Source: an uncultured Chloroflexia bacterium (GTDB lineage Bacteria; Chloroflexota; Anaerolineae; Anaerolineales; UBA11858). Taken from it: 32,000 nucleotides of DNA. The DNA is taken from assembly GCA_963783765.1 (NCBI GenBank), contig CAWAOV010000006.1, forward strand, positions 402,136 to 434,135. The letters run 5' to 3'. This document shows positions 17,859 to 28,205 of the stretch, piece by piece. Position 1 is the stretch's first letter. Every line of letters starts with the position of its first letter. The notes beneath the pieces were generated by a model, which was not told where the DNA came from, made no database searches, and worked only from the letters and a program-made list of their open reading frames with translations. Both the position numbers and the translations under genes were made by a program.

Positions 17859-18911
17859 TTGACTCGCTATATTATTCGACGAATAATCTCTGTGATCCCC
17901 ACTTTAATTGGGGTCACCTTTGTAATCTTCATGTTCCAGCGCTTGATCCCTGGAGATCCGGCAATTGCTATGCTGGGGGAGCATGCGACCGATGAGAGCA
18001 TCGAACGGATCCAAGAGCAATTGGGTCTCAATCGCCCTCCGTTCCTGGATCGGGAAGCACTGGCGGAAGGAGACCTGGCTGGTTTTTTTGACAGTCAATA
18101 CATTAATTACATGGCTCGTCTCAGCCGGTTAGATCTGGGAGATTCAATTCACCGGCGGATCCCTGTGCTGGAAACACTAAAATTGAGATTCCCGGCAACG
18201 GTTGAGCTATCGTTACTTTCCATGATCATCGCCGTAATGGTAGGTATACCGGTAGGAATAATTTCCGCTTCCCGCAGGAACTCCCTGATTGACAGCGTCG
18301 CCATGGTGAGTTCTCTTGTGGGAGTTTCAATGCCCATATTTTGGCTGGGATTAATGGAAATCATGCTCTTTGCTGTGTTCTTAAAATGGCTTCCTGCTGG
18401 TGCTCGATTAAGTACCGGGTTTGAAATACAGGGAATCACTAATTTATACTTGGTTGATAGTCTAATAACTGGCAATTGGGCAGGATTTAAAGATGCTCTG
18501 TCTCATATTATTATGCCCGCAGTGGCCCTGGCAACCATTCCAATGGGGATTATTGCTAGAATGACGCGCTCCAGCATGTTAGATGTGCTCCAGGAGGATT
18601 ACATCCGAACTGCCAGGGCAAAAGGATTGGGAGGAAGAAAGGTGCTGTTTAGGCATGCCCTTAAGAATGCCGCCTTACCGGTAGTCACAATCGTTGGTCT
18701 CCAGGCAGGCACATTATTGGCAGGAGCTGTCTTAACCGAAACAATATTTTCCTGGCCTGGGATTGGCCGTTGGGTTTATGATGCCATTCTTGGCCGGGAT
18801 TACCCCATCGTGCAGGGTGGCACCTTGTTAATTGCGCTGATATTTGTTGGTGTAAATTTGATTGTAGATATTTTATATGCACTGCTGGATCCAAGGATCC
18901 GGTATAAATAA
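17859..18911 (+). CDS. peptide ABC transporter permease (DppB-like)
   Basis: 350 aa; 'MTRYIIRRIISVIPTLIGVTFVIFMFQRLIPGDPA', 'RTARAKGLGGRKVLFRHALKNAALPVVT'; TTG start with GGAGG RBS. Confidence 0.92.
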   Translation: MTRYIIRRIISVIPTLIGVTFVIFMFQRLIPGDPAIAMLGEHATDESIERIQEQLGLNRPPFLDREALAEGDLAGFFDSQYINYMARLSRLDLGDSIHRRIPVLETLKLRFPATVELSLLSMIIAVMVGIPVGIISASRRNSLIDSVAMVSSLVGVSMPIFWLGLMEIMLFAVFLKWLPAGARLSTGFEIQGITNLYLVDSLITGNWAGFKDALSHIIMPAVALATIPMGIIARMTRSSMLDVLQEDYIRTARAKGLGGRKVLFRHALKNAALPVVTIVGLQAGTLLAGAVLTETIFSWPGIGRWVYDAILGRDYPIVQGGTLLIALIFVGVNLIVDILYALLDPRIRYK

Positions 18912-18920
18912 GGAAGCTTT

Positions 18921-20150
18921 ATGGCACAGATCAATCCGGAAGAGTTTATAGTAACTGATTTTGCGGTTCGGGAACATCGCTCCTTATGGGGTGATGCCTG
19001 GCGGCGGTTGATATCCAGCAATACAGCCCGATTGGGGATGTTTATTGTGGTCCTTTTTGTATTCTCGGCAACTTTTTCGCATTATTTTTGGAAGTATGAA
19101 CCCAAAAAAGACCTGGACTATTCCTTAAAACTCAAAGCGCCCAACCTGGTGGTGACAGAAGAAATCCCCTCTATCCATCCCTTTGGAACTGATAAATTGG
19201 GACGGGATATCTTTCGAAGAGTTATTCATGGCGGCTGGAATTCCTTACGGGTTGGTATTGTGGCTGTCGGGATCTCGTTATTATTTGGAGGGGTAATTGG
19301 TTTGCTGACCGGTTTTTATGAATCCACTACCATGACAACAGTGGAGCGGATTGTGTTATACGGCATAACGGGTTTCTTGCTGGGTATGTTGGCTGCCTGG
19401 ATTGCGAACCAGTTTCTCCAACTGGTTATTTTTACTGTCTTAGGTTTATTGGCTGGTTATTTCGAAGGATTGTGGGCAGGAAAATATTACCGGGTGTTAT
19501 TTTTTGGAGTCCTGGGAGCCCTGCTCAGTTTTGGACTTGCTCTGTTTGTTGGACTGTCTGTCGCGCTAATTTGCGGTTCACTGGGTTTGTTAGCAGGATT
19601 GCTGTTATCCGTGACTTTGGATGGAAGGTTTTTCTCGAATGTAATGATGCGAGTGATGGATATGATTTTATCCTTCCCTGGTTATTTATTGGCAATCGCC
19701 ATTGTTGCCTTTTTAGGACCTGGCCTTAGTAAGGGTATGATTGCCATCGGTGTTGTTGGAATACCGGTTTATGCCCGACTAACCCGATCAGCGGTCTTAT
19801 CTGTGGTGAATAAGGAGTACATCCTGGCAGCCCATTCCGTGGGAGAATCCCATGGCCGGATCATCTTCAGGCATATCACCCCCAATATTCTTTCCCCGAT
19901 TATTGTACAAACGACCATGGGATTGGCAAATGCGATCCTGTCCGCGGCAGCTCTTGGTTTCCTGGGATTGGGCGCCATTCCACCGGAACCAGAATGGGGA
20001 GCTATGTTGGGTGATAGCTACCGATATTTAACCAGCGGTGCCTGGTGGGCGGTTTTATTCCCCGGCCTGGCAATTATGCTGAGTGTGCTGGGCTTTAATT
20101 TACTGGGAGATGGCCTCCGCGATGCGCTAGATCCTAAACTGCGGACGTAG
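18921..20150 (+). CDS. peptide ABC transporter permease (DppC-like) with an extra hydrophobic insertion
   Basis: 409 aa; 'HPFGTDKLGRDIFRRVIHGGWNSLRVGIV' and 'MMRVMDMILSFPGYLLAIAIVAFLGPGL...AALGFLGLGAIPPEPEWGAMLGD', separated by about 105 extra hydrophobic residues. Confidence 0.92.
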   Translation: MAQINPEEFIVTDFAVREHRSLWGDAWRRLISSNTARLGMFIVVLFVFSATFSHYFWKYEPKKDLDYSLKLKAPNLVVTEEIPSIHPFGTDKLGRDIFRRVIHGGWNSLRVGIVAVGISLLFGGVIGLLTGFYESTTMTTVERIVLYGITGFLLGMLAAWIANQFLQLVIFTVLGLLAGYFEGLWAGKYYRVLFFGVLGALLSFGLALFVGLSVALICGSLGLLAGLLLSVTLDGRFFSNVMMRVMDMILSFPGYLLAIAIVAFLGPGLSKGMIAIGVVGIPVYARLTRSAVLSVVNKEYILAAHSVGESHGRIIFRHITPNILSPIIVQTTMGLANAILSAAALGFLGLGAIPPEPEWGAMLGDSYRYLTSGAWWAVLFPGLAIMLSVLGFNLLGDGLRDALDPKLRT

Positions 20151-20160
20151 GAAAAATGAT

Positions 20161-21156
20161 ATGAAACCATTATTAGAGATTAAAAGCTTAAAAACCCGAT
20201 TCTATACCCAGGACGGCGTTGTTAAAGCGGTAAACGATGTATCCTATTCCATGAATAGTGGTGAGATCCTTGGCGTGGTTGGAGAAAGTGGTTGTGGCAA
20301 AAGCGTTCATGCCCTTTCCATGATGCAGCTGATCCCGGATCCTCCTGGAAAGATCACCCAGGGAGAAGTCTGGCTGGACGGGCAGGATCTGCTTACACTA
20401 TCAGAAGAGGAGATGCAAGAAGTCCGCGGCCGAGATATTGCCATGATCTTCCAGGACCCGATGACCTCATTGAACCCAGTTTTTACGGTTGGGTTTCAGA
20501 TCATCGAGGCAATCCAGCTTCACACTGATATGACTCACGATGAAGCGAAACACCGGGCAGGAGAGCTGCTGGAATTGGTGGGTATTCCAGGTTCAAAAGA
20601 CCGCCTTGATGATTATCCACATCAATTCTCTGGCGGCATGCGACAGCGAGCAATGATAGCAATGGGATTGTCCTGTGAGCCAAAACTTTTGATAGCAGAC
20701 GAACCTACCACAGCGCTGGATGTCACCATCCAGGCCCAGATCATTGACCTGGTTAATAAACTTCAGGTTGAATTGGGTATGGCAATCATGTGGATCACCC
20801 ATGACCTGGGGGTGGTGGCAGAACTTGCCCATAACATCAATGTGATGTATGCTGGTTCTATCATCGAAACCGGAAAAATCCGTAATATATATAAAAATAC
20901 AAGGCATCCTTATACAATAGGTTTGCTGGGATCACTGCCGAGGCTCAATGATGCCCCGGGGACCGAGTTGATGTCGATTCCAGGGCTGCCGCCAGATTTG
21001 CTTGCCCTTCCGGGAGGCTGTCCTTTTGCGGCCCGCTGTGAATATCGGGTTGAGCAGTGCGTGGTAGAGAATCCACCGCTGGTAGAAATTGATGGACCAG
21101 ATCATTCTGCCGCTTGTTGGCGATGGGAAGAGATAGCAGGGATAGAGTCAAAATGA
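20161..21156 (+). CDS. peptide ABC transporter ATP-binding protein (DppD/OppD-like)
   Basis: 331 aa; Walker A 'GESGCGKS', '[34 protein letters not shown]', oligopeptide C-terminal Cys motif '[15 protein letters not shown]'. Confidence 0.95.
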   Translation: MKPLLEIKSLKTRFYTQDGVVKAVNDVSYSMNSGEILGVVGESGCGKSVHALSMMQLIPDPPGKITQGEVWLDGQDLLTLSEEEMQEVRGRDIAMIFQDPMTSLNPVFTVGFQIIEAIQLHTDMTHDEAKHRAGELLELVGIPGSKDRLDDYPHQFSGGMRQRAMIAMGLSCEPKLLIADEPTTALDVTIQAQIIDLVNKLQVELGMAIMWITHDLGVVAELAHNINVMYAGSIIETGKIRNIYKNTRHPYTIGLLGSLPRLNDAPGTELMSIPGLPPDLLALPGGCPFAARCEYRVEQCVVENPPLVEIDGPDHSAACWRWEEIAGIESK

Positions 21157-22136
21157 AAGCTGAGAATAAAAAACTACTCGAAATTAAAAATTTAAAGAAA
21201 TACTTCTCGGGTTCAGAAGGGCAGTTATTTAAATCCAGCAATGATGTGAAAGCGGTTGATGATGTCAGTTTTGATATTTATCAGAAGGAAACGCTGGGAT
21301 TGGTGGGTGAAACCGGCTGCGGTAAAACAACAGTAGGTCGAACTATGCTGCATTTATATAAACCGACCGGGGGAAAAATCCTGTTTGACGGAGTTGATTT
21401 AAACTCCCTTGGAGAAAGGGATCTACGCCGTCAGCGCAGTAAAATGCAGATGATCTTCCAGGATCCCTATGCGTCCCTAAACCCGCGCATGACGGTTGGG
21501 TCTATTGTAGGATCTCCCCTGGATGTGCACACAAAACAGAGCAGAAAAGATAAACAGGATCGTGTGCAGGATTTATTGGATATTGTTGGATTAAATCCGG
21601 ATTTTGTCAACCGCTATCCCCATGAATTCTCTGGAGGCCAGCGGCAAAGAATCGGCATAGCCCGGGCCCTGGCACTGAATCCCGAATTTGTGGTATGTGA
21701 TGAACCTATCTCCTCATTGGATGTATCTATCCAGGCCCAGGTCGTAAATTTACTGGAAGATCTGCAAAAAAAATTAGGTCTGACCTACCTGTTTATCGCG
21801 CACGATTTGAGTATGGTCCGCCATATTAGTGACCGTATGGCTGTCATGTACCTGGGAAAAATTATGGAATTAGCAGATCGGGATGAGATCTTTTTGAATT
21901 CTCTTCATCCCTATACTCAGGCCTTGATGTCTGCTGTGCCAATTCCTGATCCAGATTTAGCCGAGGAAAAAGAGCGGATCATCTTGGATGGAGATATTCC
22001 CAATCCTGCCAATCCGCCAGTGGGCTGTAATTTTAATACTCGTTGTCCAGTAGCCACCGATATTTGTTTTAAAGAAGAGCCAGAATATCTGGAAGTAAAA
22101 GATAAACACTGGGTAGCATGCCACTTGGTGAAATAA
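21153..22136 (+). CDS. peptide ABC transporter ATP-binding protein (DppF/OppF-like)
   Basis: ATG at 21153 overlaps the upstream TGA; '[23 protein letters not shown]', '[35 protein letters not shown]', '[15 protein letters not shown]'. Confidence 0.95.
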   Translation: MKAENKKLLEIKNLKKYFSGSEGQLFKSSNDVKAVDDVSFDIYQKETLGLVGETGCGKTTVGRTMLHLYKPTGGKILFDGVDLNSLGERDLRRQRSKMQMIFQDPYASLNPRMTVGSIVGSPLDVHTKQSRKDKQDRVQDLLDIVGLNPDFVNRYPHEFSGGQRQRIGIARALALNPEFVVCDEPISSLDVSIQAQVVNLLEDLQKKLGLTYLFIAHDLSMVRHISDRMAVMYLGKIMELADRDEIFLNSLHPYTQALMSAVPIPDPDLAEEKERIILDGDIPNPANPPVGCNFNTRCPVATDICFKEEPEYLEVKDKHWVACHLVK

Positions 22137-22171
22137 ACATGTCCAGTAGGACTTATTTCTAAAGGATTTAG

Positions 22172-22204
22172 ACCCTCCTGGTGTATTTACTGGGAGGGTT
22201 TTGA
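22172..22204 (+). terminator. rho-independent terminator after dppF
   Basis: ACCCTCC...GGAGGGT stem followed by TTTTG. Confidence 0.7.
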
Positions 22205-22246
22205 TTTGATCACGTTAGAGAAGAAGTTAATGTGGAGCTAGATATT

Positions 22247-23275
22247 ATGGACTTTGGCCCTAGGCTTTCCTGCGAGGTTTTCACCCTGAAATTGCATCAC
22301 CCTTTTCGACTCTCAACAGGAGTAAGTACAACACGGACAGCTCATTGGATCCGGCTTGAGGACGATCAGGGCTGGGGGGAGGGCACAATACCTCCTTACT
22401 ACAATATCAGTGATCATGATATGCAGGCGTTGTGGGAGGGAAAATCTCACAGTAAGGAACCCTTTCCGGATGATCCCGGTGAGATATCTAGCTGGGTTGG
22501 GGAGGATGGTCCTGCGCCAGCAAGGGCGGCATTGGATTTGGCCCTGCATGACAGGATTGGTAAAAACCGCTCGCTTCCTCTTTATCAACTTTTAAATCTA
22601 CCGGCTCCAATTCCTTTTTCAACAGCTTTCACAATTGCGATATCAGAACCCGAAGAAATGGCACAAATGGCGCTGGACCATCCGGAGTTCCCGCTGATTA
22701 AGCTAAAACTTGGCAGTGAGGACGATATCAGCCGAGTGGCCGCAGTTCGAAAAGCCAGGCCTGATGTGAGATTGTTCGTTGATGCAAACGCTGCCTGGGA
22801 ACCAGATGAGGCTGTCCGCATGATCAAGGAGATAACTCCGTTTGGGATCGAAATGGTCGAACAGCCTGTCGGCGGAGATGATATTGATGGGCTGGGACAT
22901 GTGCAAAGCCATACTACAATCCCGATCGTTGCAGATGAATCCTTGACTTCATTGTCATCACTTGAGGAATTGGCTAAAAACGGAGTGCAGGGTATCAACC
23001 TGAAACTTATGAAGCTCGGAGGATTGGGACCAACTCTTAAACTTCTCCACCGGGGCCGTGAACTGGGTTTCAGGATCATGCTGGGGTGCATGACGGAAAC
23101 TTCCCTTGGAGTGACAGCTATGTCTCACTTGGCTGCCTTTGCAGAGTGGCATGACCTGGATGCGCCTTTGCTGATCAAAAATGATCCCTTTGAGGGTGTT
23201 CAGTATGACCAGGTGCGTGTATCTTTGCCGGATCGGCCGGGAATTGGTATTATAAGGAGGGTCAATCCAAGTTGA
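22247..23275 (+). CDS. dipeptide epimerase, enolase superfamily (L-Ala-D/L-Glu epimerase-like)
   Basis: ORF track starts at GTG 22232; ATG 22247 has a better-spaced GGAG. 'PLIKLKLGSEDD' KxK, 'LFVDANAAWEPDEAV', 'VEQPV', 'IPIVADESL', 'GINLKLMKLGGL'. Confidence 0.85.
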   Translation: MDFGPRLSCEVFTLKLHHPFRLSTGVSTTRTAHWIRLEDDQGWGEGTIPPYYNISDHDMQALWEGKSHSKEPFPDDPGEISSWVGEDGPAPARAALDLALHDRIGKNRSLPLYQLLNLPAPIPFSTAFTIAISEPEEMAQMALDHPEFPLIKLKLGSEDDISRVAAVRKARPDVRLFVDANAAWEPDEAVRMIKEITPFGIEMVEQPVGGDDIDGLGHVQSHTTIPIVADESLTSLSSLEELAKNGVQGINLKLMKLGGLGPTLKLLHRGRELGFRIMLGCMTETSLGVTAMSHLAAFAEWHDLDAPLLIKNDPFEGVQYDQVRVSLPDRPGIGIIRRVNPS

Positions 23276-23424
23276 TCTTCAGCCAGACGGCAGCGAAACA
23301 CCCTAAAAATACCCTTTTCAGATAGTAAATTGGTTCGTTTAACAAGAATTAATTGACATTATATCAACCGCAGACTACAATGTAGATTGACTGAGGTTAT
23401 GGCCCAAATCGGTTAGGAGGAGTC

Positions 23425-24558
23425 ATGAGTGCCTGGCGCGGAAAATATGCCATTGGGTTAACCGGAAATATAGCAACCGGAAAGAGTGTGGTCCGGAAGA
23501 TGCTTGAGCATCTGGGCGCATACGGTATTGACGCGGATGTGCTCTCTCACCGTGCCATAATGAAGTCTTCACCGGGATATCAGCCCGTGATCGATACCTT
23601 TGGGCAGTGGGTTTTGGGGGCAAATGGAGAAATTGACCGGAACAAATTAGGTGAATTGGTGTTTAAGAATCCAGACGCGATGATGCGGTTGGAGACAATC
23701 ATCCATCCTCTCGTTAGACAGGCACTGGATGTGCTGGTCAATAAAACTTCCCATCCGATTGTTGTTGTTGAGGCCATCAAATTGCTGGAATCCGACATGC
23801 ACAACTTGTGTGATCAAGTTTGGGTGACCATGTCCTCAACAGATCTTCAGTTGGAAAGGTTGATCGATAAGCGGAGCATGACCCGGCGTGAGGCAGAGGA
23901 CCGTATCAATGCCCAACTGCCGGCAACAGCAAAACTGACCAAAGCGGATGTGGTCATTGAGAATGATGGATCATTTGAAAAGACCTGGAAACAAGTATAT
24001 GACGCCTGGCAGGTCATCACCCAGGAAAAGCCCGGGTTTACGCCGGTGCCAAGCAAGTCATATGGCAAACTGGATGTGCGCAGGGCAACACCGGAATCCG
24101 CTGAACAAATCGCTGTTTATATGAGTGCTCACAGTCGCGCAAAGCGGAAGATGACAAAAGACGATATTATGGCTGCTTTTGGCGAGAAGGCTTATATGCT
24201 GCTGATGTCGGATGAAGAGATTATCGGATTGTTAGGCTGGCAGGTTGAAAACCTGATCACAAGGGTTGATGATGTCATGTTGAATGAAGGATTGGCGTTC
24301 CAGAATGGTTTGGAAGCCCTGATGAGCTTTGTGGAGGACTCCTCCAAGGAGCTCCAGAGCGAGGCTGCCCTTCTGTTCCTGCCGCCGTCTCTGGCTCAAC
24401 ATGAGAATCTGTGGAGCGGTCTTGGATATCAGGCCAGAACAGTAAAAGATCTCCAGGTGAAGGCCTGGCAGAATGCAGTTATGGAATCCATGCCTCCAGG
24501 CACAGTCCTGCTCTTCAAACAGCTTAGAAAGGATCGGATTTTACGTCCGATGCAGTAA
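23425..24558 (+). CDS. coaE: dephospho-CoA kinase with C-terminal GNAT-like domain
   Basis: 377 aa; 'YAIGLTGNIATGKSVVRKMLEHLGAYGIDADVLSH' P-loop and CoaE motifs; then 'GKLDVRRATPESAEQIAVYMSAHSR...EIIGLLGWQVENL' resembling a GNAT fold. Confidence 0.85.
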   Translation: MSAWRGKYAIGLTGNIATGKSVVRKMLEHLGAYGIDADVLSHRAIMKSSPGYQPVIDTFGQWVLGANGEIDRNKLGELVFKNPDAMMRLETIIHPLVRQALDVLVNKTSHPIVVVEAIKLLESDMHNLCDQVWVTMSSTDLQLERLIDKRSMTRREAEDRINAQLPATAKLTKADVVIENDGSFEKTWKQVYDAWQVITQEKPGFTPVPSKSYGKLDVRRATPESAEQIAVYMSAHSRAKRKMTKDDIMAAFGEKAYMLLMSDEEIIGLLGWQVENLITRVDDVMLNEGLAFQNGLEALMSFVEDSSKELQSEAALLFLPPSLAQHENLWSGLGYQARTVKDLQVKAWQNAVMESMPPGTVLLFKQLRKDRILRPMQ

Positions 24559-24583
24559 TTATTTCTTCATCAGGTAGATCGAA

Positions 24584-25441
24584 GTGATTAATAATCTTTG
24601 GAATTATTTGCTTTTTATATTTCAGCGAGCAAATTGGCTCAGCGTTGTTGATATTTTCCTGGTTGCTGTAGTTGTGTTTTTTGTCCTTTACCTGCTCAGG
24701 GATACCAAAGCGCTGGTCCTCTTGAGGGGCGTTCTTTTTCTGATCGTTGTGATCAGCTTGCTCTCCAGCCTGAGAGTCCTACCTGCATTCTCCTGGTTAG
24801 TAACAAGTACGTTGCCGACTTTGCTGCTGGCAATTCCGGTTATTTTTGCGCCAGAAATCAGACGTGTTCTGGAACGTATTGGTAGAACAGGTTCAATATT
24901 CGCCCAGGATCAGCTCACACCTGCAATGGAGCAGATTATCCAGCGGGTAGTAAGAGCATCCCGGAGAATCGCTGAGCGTAAATATGGGGGATTGATCGTG
25001 TTGTCCCGCCTGGATTCTCTTCAGGCTTATATTGAAACCGGGGTGCATCTTAAAGCAGCTGTCAGCCCGGAAACTTTGATCCAGATCTTTTACCCCAAAA
25101 CGCCCCTGCATGATGGCGCAGTGATCATCTCTGATAATGTCATTTCTGCTGCAGGTTGTGTGCTGCCCCTTTCGGCCAGTGGTGTATTGGAATCCTCACC
25201 GGAAAGATCGATGGGATTAAGACACAGGGCTGCATTAGGTATAGCAGAGGAAAGTGATGCAATTGCAGTTGTGATCTCTGAAGAAACCGGCATTGTTTCC
25301 CTGGCTTATGATGGAAAACTTGATAAATATGTCCCTCTGGATGAACTGCAGGGCAAGTTGAACAGCTTTTTCCAGCACGAGCCAGTTCAAAGATCGCTCC
25401 TCTCCCGGCTGATTACACTCTTCCAAGGAACGATAGAATGA
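24584..25441 (+). CDS. cdaA: diadenylate cyclase (CdaA, DisA_N domain)
   Basis: 285 aa; three N-terminal TM segments; 'LHDGAVII' and 'RHRAALGIAEESDAIAVVISEETG'. Confidence 0.95.
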   Translation: MINNLWNYLLFIFQRANWLSVVDIFLVAVVVFFVLYLLRDTKALVLLRGVLFLIVVISLLSSLRVLPAFSWLVTSTLPTLLLAIPVIFAPEIRRVLERIGRTGSIFAQDQLTPAMEQIIQRVVRASRRIAERKYGGLIVLSRLDSLQAYIETGVHLKAAVSPETLIQIFYPKTPLHDGAVIISDNVISAAGCVLPLSASGVLESSPERSMGLRHRAALGIAEESDAIAVVISEETGIVSLAYDGKLDKYVPLDELQGKLNSFFQHEPVQRSLLSRLITLFQGTIE

Positions 25442-26661
25442 GACTGATGCGCTGGTTGGGCGGTAATCTAACTTCCTTGATCCTCTCCTTATTATTGGCA
25501 GTGGTCATCTGGATCTCAGCTGTTACTTCTGCCAATCCCAATGTTGAGGCAGAGCTGATGGTACCGTTTGAAGTGCGCCAGCAGGCGTCCGATATTGCGA
25601 TCGTTGATCCAATACCGCAGACAGTAACTTTAAAAGTCCTGGCCCCGGAAAGCATCATTCAGAGCCTGGAAGAAGAAAATCCGCTGGTTGCCTATATCAA
25701 CCTTGCGGATATCTCTGCTGGAACCTATCGATTCACTGTTCAGGTCTATATACCAGACCAGTTGAAGCCGATCCGTGTCCTGGAACAAAATCCTGAAAAG
25801 CTGGAATTGAAAGTTAGCAACCTGATTTCGAAGTTGTTGCCGATATCTATCCAGGTGGAAGGAGAACCGGCTGTTGGCTATCAGACCAGCGGGTTATCCT
25901 GGGAAGGGAGCTCCGTCACTATTACTGGCCAAGACATAGCTGTTCAGGAAGCGTCTATAGTAGTTGGCGTCCTGGATATATCAGATGCAACCGGATCGAT
26001 CGTTAGAAGTATCAATTTGGAAGCCAGGAACAGCACTGGGGAGGTGGTTGAAGGATTGGAGATCTCACCTGAGACCGTTCAGGTGACTCAGTCAATCAGC
26101 CTGCAGGGGGGTTATAGAAACCTGGCTGTGAATGTTACCACTCAGGGTGCTGTGGAACCGGGCTATCGCTTTACAAGCATCACTCCGGCACCACCAACCG
26201 TGATGGTCTTTTCCGCAGACCCCCAACTTGTGGAAGGGCTACCAGGATACGTGAATACAAAACCTCTGAATTTGAATGGAGTGGATGGTTACCTGGAGAC
26301 CATTTTGGAGCTGGATTTGCCAGAAGGGATCACTGTAGTAGGTGATCCGACGGTTTTGGTCCAGGTGAATGTTACCGCCTTAGAAACCAGTATGCTGATC
26401 ACCCGGAATATTGAGGTAGTTGGACTATTGCCGGGCTTAGATGCACAAGTATCACCTGAACAAGTAAGTGTCCGGATATCTGGGCCAGTGCCAGTCCTTG
26501 AAAACCTCACCTTAAGAGATATCAGGGTGGTGGTTGATCTCACCAACCTGGAAATAGGGACCTATACGTTGGAACCCACGGTGGAAATCCTGCCAGCGGA
26601 TATAATATGGGAAGATATCTCTCCAGCAACTGTTGAAATAGTCATCGGGGAGGGGCAGTAA
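25438..26661 (+). CDS. YbbR/CdaR-like protein
   Basis: 407 aa; ATGA overlap with cdaA; N-terminal TM then repeated YbbR-like beta-rich domains ('VEAELMVPFEVRQQASDIAIVDPIPQTVTLKVLAPESIIQSL...'). Confidence 0.85.
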   Translation: MRLMRWLGGNLTSLILSLLLAVVIWISAVTSANPNVEAELMVPFEVRQQASDIAIVDPIPQTVTLKVLAPESIIQSLEEENPLVAYINLADISAGTYRFTVQVYIPDQLKPIRVLEQNPEKLELKVSNLISKLLPISIQVEGEPAVGYQTSGLSWEGSSVTITGQDIAVQEASIVVGVLDISDATGSIVRSINLEARNSTGEVVEGLEISPETVQVTQSISLQGGYRNLAVNVTTQGAVEPGYRFTSITPAPPTVMVFSADPQLVEGLPGYVNTKPLNLNGVDGYLETILELDLPEGITVVGDPTVLVQVNVTALETSMLITRNIEVVGLLPGLDAQVSPEQVSVRISGPVPVLENLTLRDIRVVVDLTNLEIGTYTLEPTVEILPADIIWEDISPATVEIVIGEGQ

Positions 26662-26700
26662 AGCGATTTCGCCCCTCTATAATATTTCCTACAAATAACT

Positions 26701-28071
26701 ATGTCAAAACCTGTCGTGGCCATTGTTGGCCGACCCAATGTGGGTAAGAGTACCCTTTTTAATCGCCTTGCCGAACGCCGGATGGCGATTGTGGATGATA
26801 TTCCGGGAACGACAAGAGACCGCCTTGCCACAGAAGTTGAATGGACCGGCGTGGTTTTTGATATCGTTGATACGGGAGGTTTGGATCCCACCCAGGTTGG
26901 TCCCGGAAAAGGACAGGATCCGCTTTCTGTTGGATCTCACCAGTTCATCGATGAAATCCGCAAACAAGCTGAAATCGCCATTCAGGAATCCGATGCGATC
27001 CTTTTTGTTGTCGACGGACAATCCGGTATCACGCCTGCAGATCGCGAGATCAATGATTCCCTCAGGAAAGTTCAGGAGATCAAGGATGGAAAGGACTATC
27101 CTCCTATCCTGCTGGTTGTAAATAAATGTGATAACCAGAAGACGCGCCTGAACGCCGTCCAGTTTTATGAGCTTGGCTATAAAGAGCTCCATATCGTATC
27201 TGCGATTCACGGCTCAGCTACTGGCGATATGCTGGATGCGTTGGTGGCTGTGCTTCCAGAGGGTGGAGAGGAAGAAGAGGATACTTCAGTAAAGATCGCC
27301 ATTGTGGGCAAACCCAATGTTGGCAAATCCAGCATACTGAATAAAATCACCGGGGAAGAACGAGTGATTGTCAGCAACATCCCGGGAACAACGCGGGATT
27401 CGATTGATACCCGGTTGGTCTATAAGGATGTCCCGATTACCATCATTGACACAGCCGGGATCCGGAAACGCGGCAGCATTGATACTGGTGTGGAGAAATT
27501 CAGTGTTTTAAGGGCAATGAAGGCCATTGAGCGGTCAGATGTTGCCCTGCTGGTTGTAGATGCGTATGAGGGAGTAAAATCCCAGGATACACATGTTGCC
27601 GGGTATATTCTAGATGAATGGAAAAGCGCTGTTGTAGTGATCAATAAATGGGACCTTATCGAAAAAGATTCCCACACGATGGCTGAATTCACTAATTACG
27701 TCCGGTATGAATTAAACTTCATGGATTATGTGCCCATTCTGTTTACCTCTGCCCTGACTGGCAAGCGAGTTGATCAGATCCTGGATCTGGCACTTGAAGT
27801 CCAAAAAGAGAGAATGGTCAGACTGCCAACCTCACAGGTGAACAGGATCGTTCAAAACGCCCAGGATAAACACCCGGCACCTTCTAAAGCCGGCAGGCAT
27901 TTTAAGATCTATTATGGAACCCAGGTCCGAAATGATCCCCCGACATTTTTGCTTCATGTCAATGATCCCAAATTGACCCATTTCACATACCTGCGTTATA
28001 TAGAAAACCAGATCCGGGAACAAGCGCCATTTGTAGGTACCCCAATCAAGATCCTGCTCCGCGCGAGTTAG
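26701..28071 (+). CDS. der: ribosome-associated GTPase Der (EngA)
   Basis: 456 aa; tandem G domains 'GRPNVGKSTLFNRL...DIPGTTRD' and 'GKPNVGKSSILNKI...NIPGTTRD', C-terminal KH-like domain. Confidence 0.97.
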   Translation: MSKPVVAIVGRPNVGKSTLFNRLAERRMAIVDDIPGTTRDRLATEVEWTGVVFDIVDTGGLDPTQVGPGKGQDPLSVGSHQFIDEIRKQAEIAIQESDAILFVVDGQSGITPADREINDSLRKVQEIKDGKDYPPILLVVNKCDNQKTRLNAVQFYELGYKELHIVSAIHGSATGDMLDALVAVLPEGGEEEEDTSVKIAIVGKPNVGKSSILNKITGEERVIVSNIPGTTRDSIDTRLVYKDVPITIIDTAGIRKRGSIDTGVEKFSVLRAMKAIERSDVALLVVDAYEGVKSQDTHVAGYILDEWKSAVVVINKWDLIEKDSHTMAEFTNYVRYELNFMDYVPILFTSALTGKRVDQILDLALEVQKERMVRLPTSQVNRIVQNAQDKHPAPSKAGRHFKIYYGTQVRNDPPTFLLHVNDPKLTHFTYLRYIENQIREQAPFVGTPIKILLRAS

Positions 28072-28205
28072 GATCGAACCACAAATTCCAGAAAACCCGA
28101 CAGAAATATATGATTGTTGAGTTGAGGTGAGAGTCAACCTTCCCCTTGCCTTGACTGAGTTTGGATTATATAATCGGGAATACGTTCAAAGGTGAAGGTT
28201 AGTAA

